Below, one piece after another: positions 47,350 through 49,517 of a stretch of DNA of 49,517 nt. Source of the stretch: Raillietiella orientalis (Eukaryota). The DNA lies in NCBI GenBank assembly GCA_036172245.1, contig JAYWIR010000166.1, positions 1 to 49,517 of the forward strand, given 5' to 3'. Both the position numbers and the translations under genes were made by a program. The notes under the pieces are model-generated. The model was not told the origin of the DNA. It did no database searches and worked only from the letters and a program-made list of their open reading frames with translations. Within the stretch, counting starts at the first letter, position 1, and each line of letters starts with the position of its first letter.

Positions 47350-47848
47350 CAAGGTTAGGTTAGGTAAGGTTAGGTAAGGATAGGTTAGGTTAGGTTAGGT
47401 TAGGGGCCAGGCCAGGCCAGCAGGCCAGGCAAGGCCAGGCCAGGCCAGGCCAGGCCAGGCCAGGCCAGGGCCAGTCCAGTCCAGGCCAGGCAGGCCAGGC
47501 CAGGCCAGGCCAGGCCAGGCCAGGCCAGGCCAGGCCAGGCCAGGCCAGGCCAGGCCAGGCCAGGCCAGGCCAGGCCAGCCAGGCCAGGCCAGGCCAGGCC
47601 AGGCCAGGCCAGGCCAGGCAGGCCAGGCCAGCCAGGCCAGGCCAGGCAGGCCAGGCCAGGCCAGGTTAGGTTGGTTAGGTTAGGTTAGGTTAGGTTAGGT
47701 TAGGTTAGGTTAGGGGTTAGGGTTAGGGTTAGGTTAGGTAGGTTAGGGTTAGGTTAGGTTAGGTTAGGTTAGGTTAGGTTAGGTTAGGTTAGGTTAGGTT
47801 AGGTTAGGTTAGGTTAGTTAGGTTAGGTTAGGTTAGGTTAGGTTAGGT
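47350..47848 (+). repeat. Interstitial telomere-type array (TTAGG)n-(CCAGG)n-(TTAGG)n
   Basis: TTAGG units ~47352-47404, CCAGG units ~47407-47665, near-perfect TTAGG ~47666-47847. Non-repeat sequence lies on both sides. Confidence 0.9.
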
Positions 47849-48460
47849 GATTGCAACCAACATCCACTTATTTATTCGTTTCGTGAACCCTCTTCCGTGC
47901 CCCTGGTCATCATTTTGTCTCGAAAATTACGGATCTTCATGAACGAAACCAAGCTGGAAAAAAAAAAAAACGGGGCCTAACAGAACCGACCTAAGGCTGC
48001 GTCCCCGCAGTTATTGCAGTATTCCGAATGAGACCAGCAGGAAGCTTTTTGGACCCAAAGCCTGTTGCTCTTCGGTTCTTTCGAAACGTCTTCATTCGAG
48101 TCGACGCGTGAGCAAGAAAGAAGGAAGCAAACGTTTCACGGGATGCCTGCATCGAGATGATGATGCATGTGGCCATTCATCGCTTTCTGACGAAGAGTTG
48201 CTTTTTTTTCTCTTGAACGGTTCGCACAGTCCAGCAGTGCCGAAGAGCGATCCAGCTGGAGACCTCATTCCTATTGAACTAGCCAAATGCAAATAAATCC
48301 CCCGAGGCCATCAAGCTCCTTTGAGGAAGTCGGGGTGCACCAATGTGCAGTGATGAGACACACCCCTCTTGCAGACAACTGCGATCCCGACAGTAATCGA
48401 ATGGCGTGTTGGACCTCCTGTTGTTGCCATTGTGCCCGTGGGCTCTCTACAGCGCATTTC
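47849..48460 (-). mobile_element. Probable 3' end of a distantly related non-LTR element abutting the array
   Basis: Minus strand has the same 3' layout as the Tx1 copies (stop at 47993-47991, T12 tract, AATAAA ~25 nt from the end). Weak ORF2 C-terminus similarity (QWQQQEVQHAI, GVSHHCTL, YLHLASSIGM). Confidence 0.35.
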
Positions 48461-49517
48461 ATGCGTGCTCCAAGGCAGAGGATGGTGCGCACGCAGACCC
48501 AGTGTAAGGTCGGAAACCGAAACGCTACGGCTGATGCACTTGAACGTCTTGGATTCCCGGTAGGCCACAGGATAAACCCACGAAGTACTTTTTCAAGAAC
48601 ATGCCGTTTGGATACCCTTGGTCTCATTTCTCTGTGGCCCGGGCTGACGGACGGGTGCGATGAGAGACAGAGACTGACGAAATCCTTGGCAAAAAAGCCT
48701 CGTGTATACACCACACAATGGGAAATTCCAACAGCTGTTTTTCTCCCCTTTCTAAAGAAAATAAAATGAGAAGGTTTTCCGTCCAAGAAACGAGCAGAAG
48801 GTCCGCAAAGCGCTTCAGGAAATTCTCCACCGACAGGTCACCGAGAACCGAGTGAGGTGGATGCATTCTGGCCTACGAGCTATCTAGAAGGAATGTGGTC
48901 GTGGTGTGGAGTGTTCCGGTCGCCGAAACTTCCTTCACAGAAGTCATACGTTAGGGGAAGTCCAAGAGCTTCCAGAGACGCTAGGAACCGAAGGGGGGGA
49001 CCTGAAAAAAATGAGGATTCGGGGCAGGCCCGAACCATCTTTAGCGTGTTTCTTGTCTGATCCTGATTGGAATCTGATGCCGTGCCAGCTTCCGAACGGT
49101 GATTGCAATTCTTCAGTTGTCAAACGACTAGAAGAGAAAGACTTGACAAATTACGATGGAAAGGGAAAAAGCAGCTCCGCTGCACTTCTTCTCCGCGTGT
49201 CGGACGCGAGGGCGCTTGAAATCTTCTCATCCGGCTATCCGATCTTGCGCAAGTAAATCAAAAATCCGCCATGCCAAGAAAAGCCAGGAGTGTTCGGGAA
49301 GCTTCGAAGACGCATAGTGAACGCGAACCGACTGTGAACCTTCGACGAGTGGCTTCAGATCCGCGTGGAGCTGCACCCACCAGCTGCAACGAACGCCTCG
49401 CGATGCTGGGGCGAGATGTGTGAAAGTGTTCGGTGGTGCCCGTTGTCGAGGAAACCGGCGAAATGCTGCTCACAGGTACTGTGCTCGAGGACGACACGCC
49501 GTGTTTCAGTCTGTCCC

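Noticed and set aside
47350..47848. Functional chromosome end
   Set aside because: 1.7 kb of non-repeat sequence follows, so the array is interstitial in this assembly.
48470..49517. ORFs 48906-49256 and 49258-49497 as genes or TE domains
   Set aside because: No recognisable motif; left unassigned.

Overview
Eukaryotic, repeat-dominated DNA. It carries (TTAGG)n tracts of the arthropod-type telomere motif, but the taxon cannot be fixed from the sequence. No prokaryotic genes, rRNA/tRNA genes or CRISPR arrays were recognised. Positions 1 to ~29.6 kb form a 'Russian-doll' stack of about 15 copies or fragments of an L1/Tx1-clade non-LTR retrotransposon family (ORF1 with two CCHC knuckles; ORF2 = APE endonuclease, RT, C-terminal Cys motif). 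Reading the junctions shows that elements of the main subfamily sit inside other family members in the opposite orientation: E14(-) > E13(+) > E12(-) > E11(+) > E10/E7(-) > E6(+) > E5(-) > E2(+) > {E1(-), E3(-) > E4(+)}. Two nestings are proven by target-site duplications. Two sister copies (E4, E5) hit the same codons of the host RT motif DLxKAFD. Positions ~30-46 kb are AT-rich segmental duplications containing much older fossils of the same family (again antisense-nested), decayed NeSL/Utopia-like RLE retrotransposon fragments, degenerate TTAGG tracts, and four intact intronless 126-128 aa ORFs resembling a very divergent barrier-to-autointegration factor (BAF). The window ends with another ORF1 fossil, a (TTAGG)n/(CCAGG)n array and a probable retroelement 3' end. 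Family assignments are by eye from motifs; no searches were run, and boundaries of decayed pieces are approximate.
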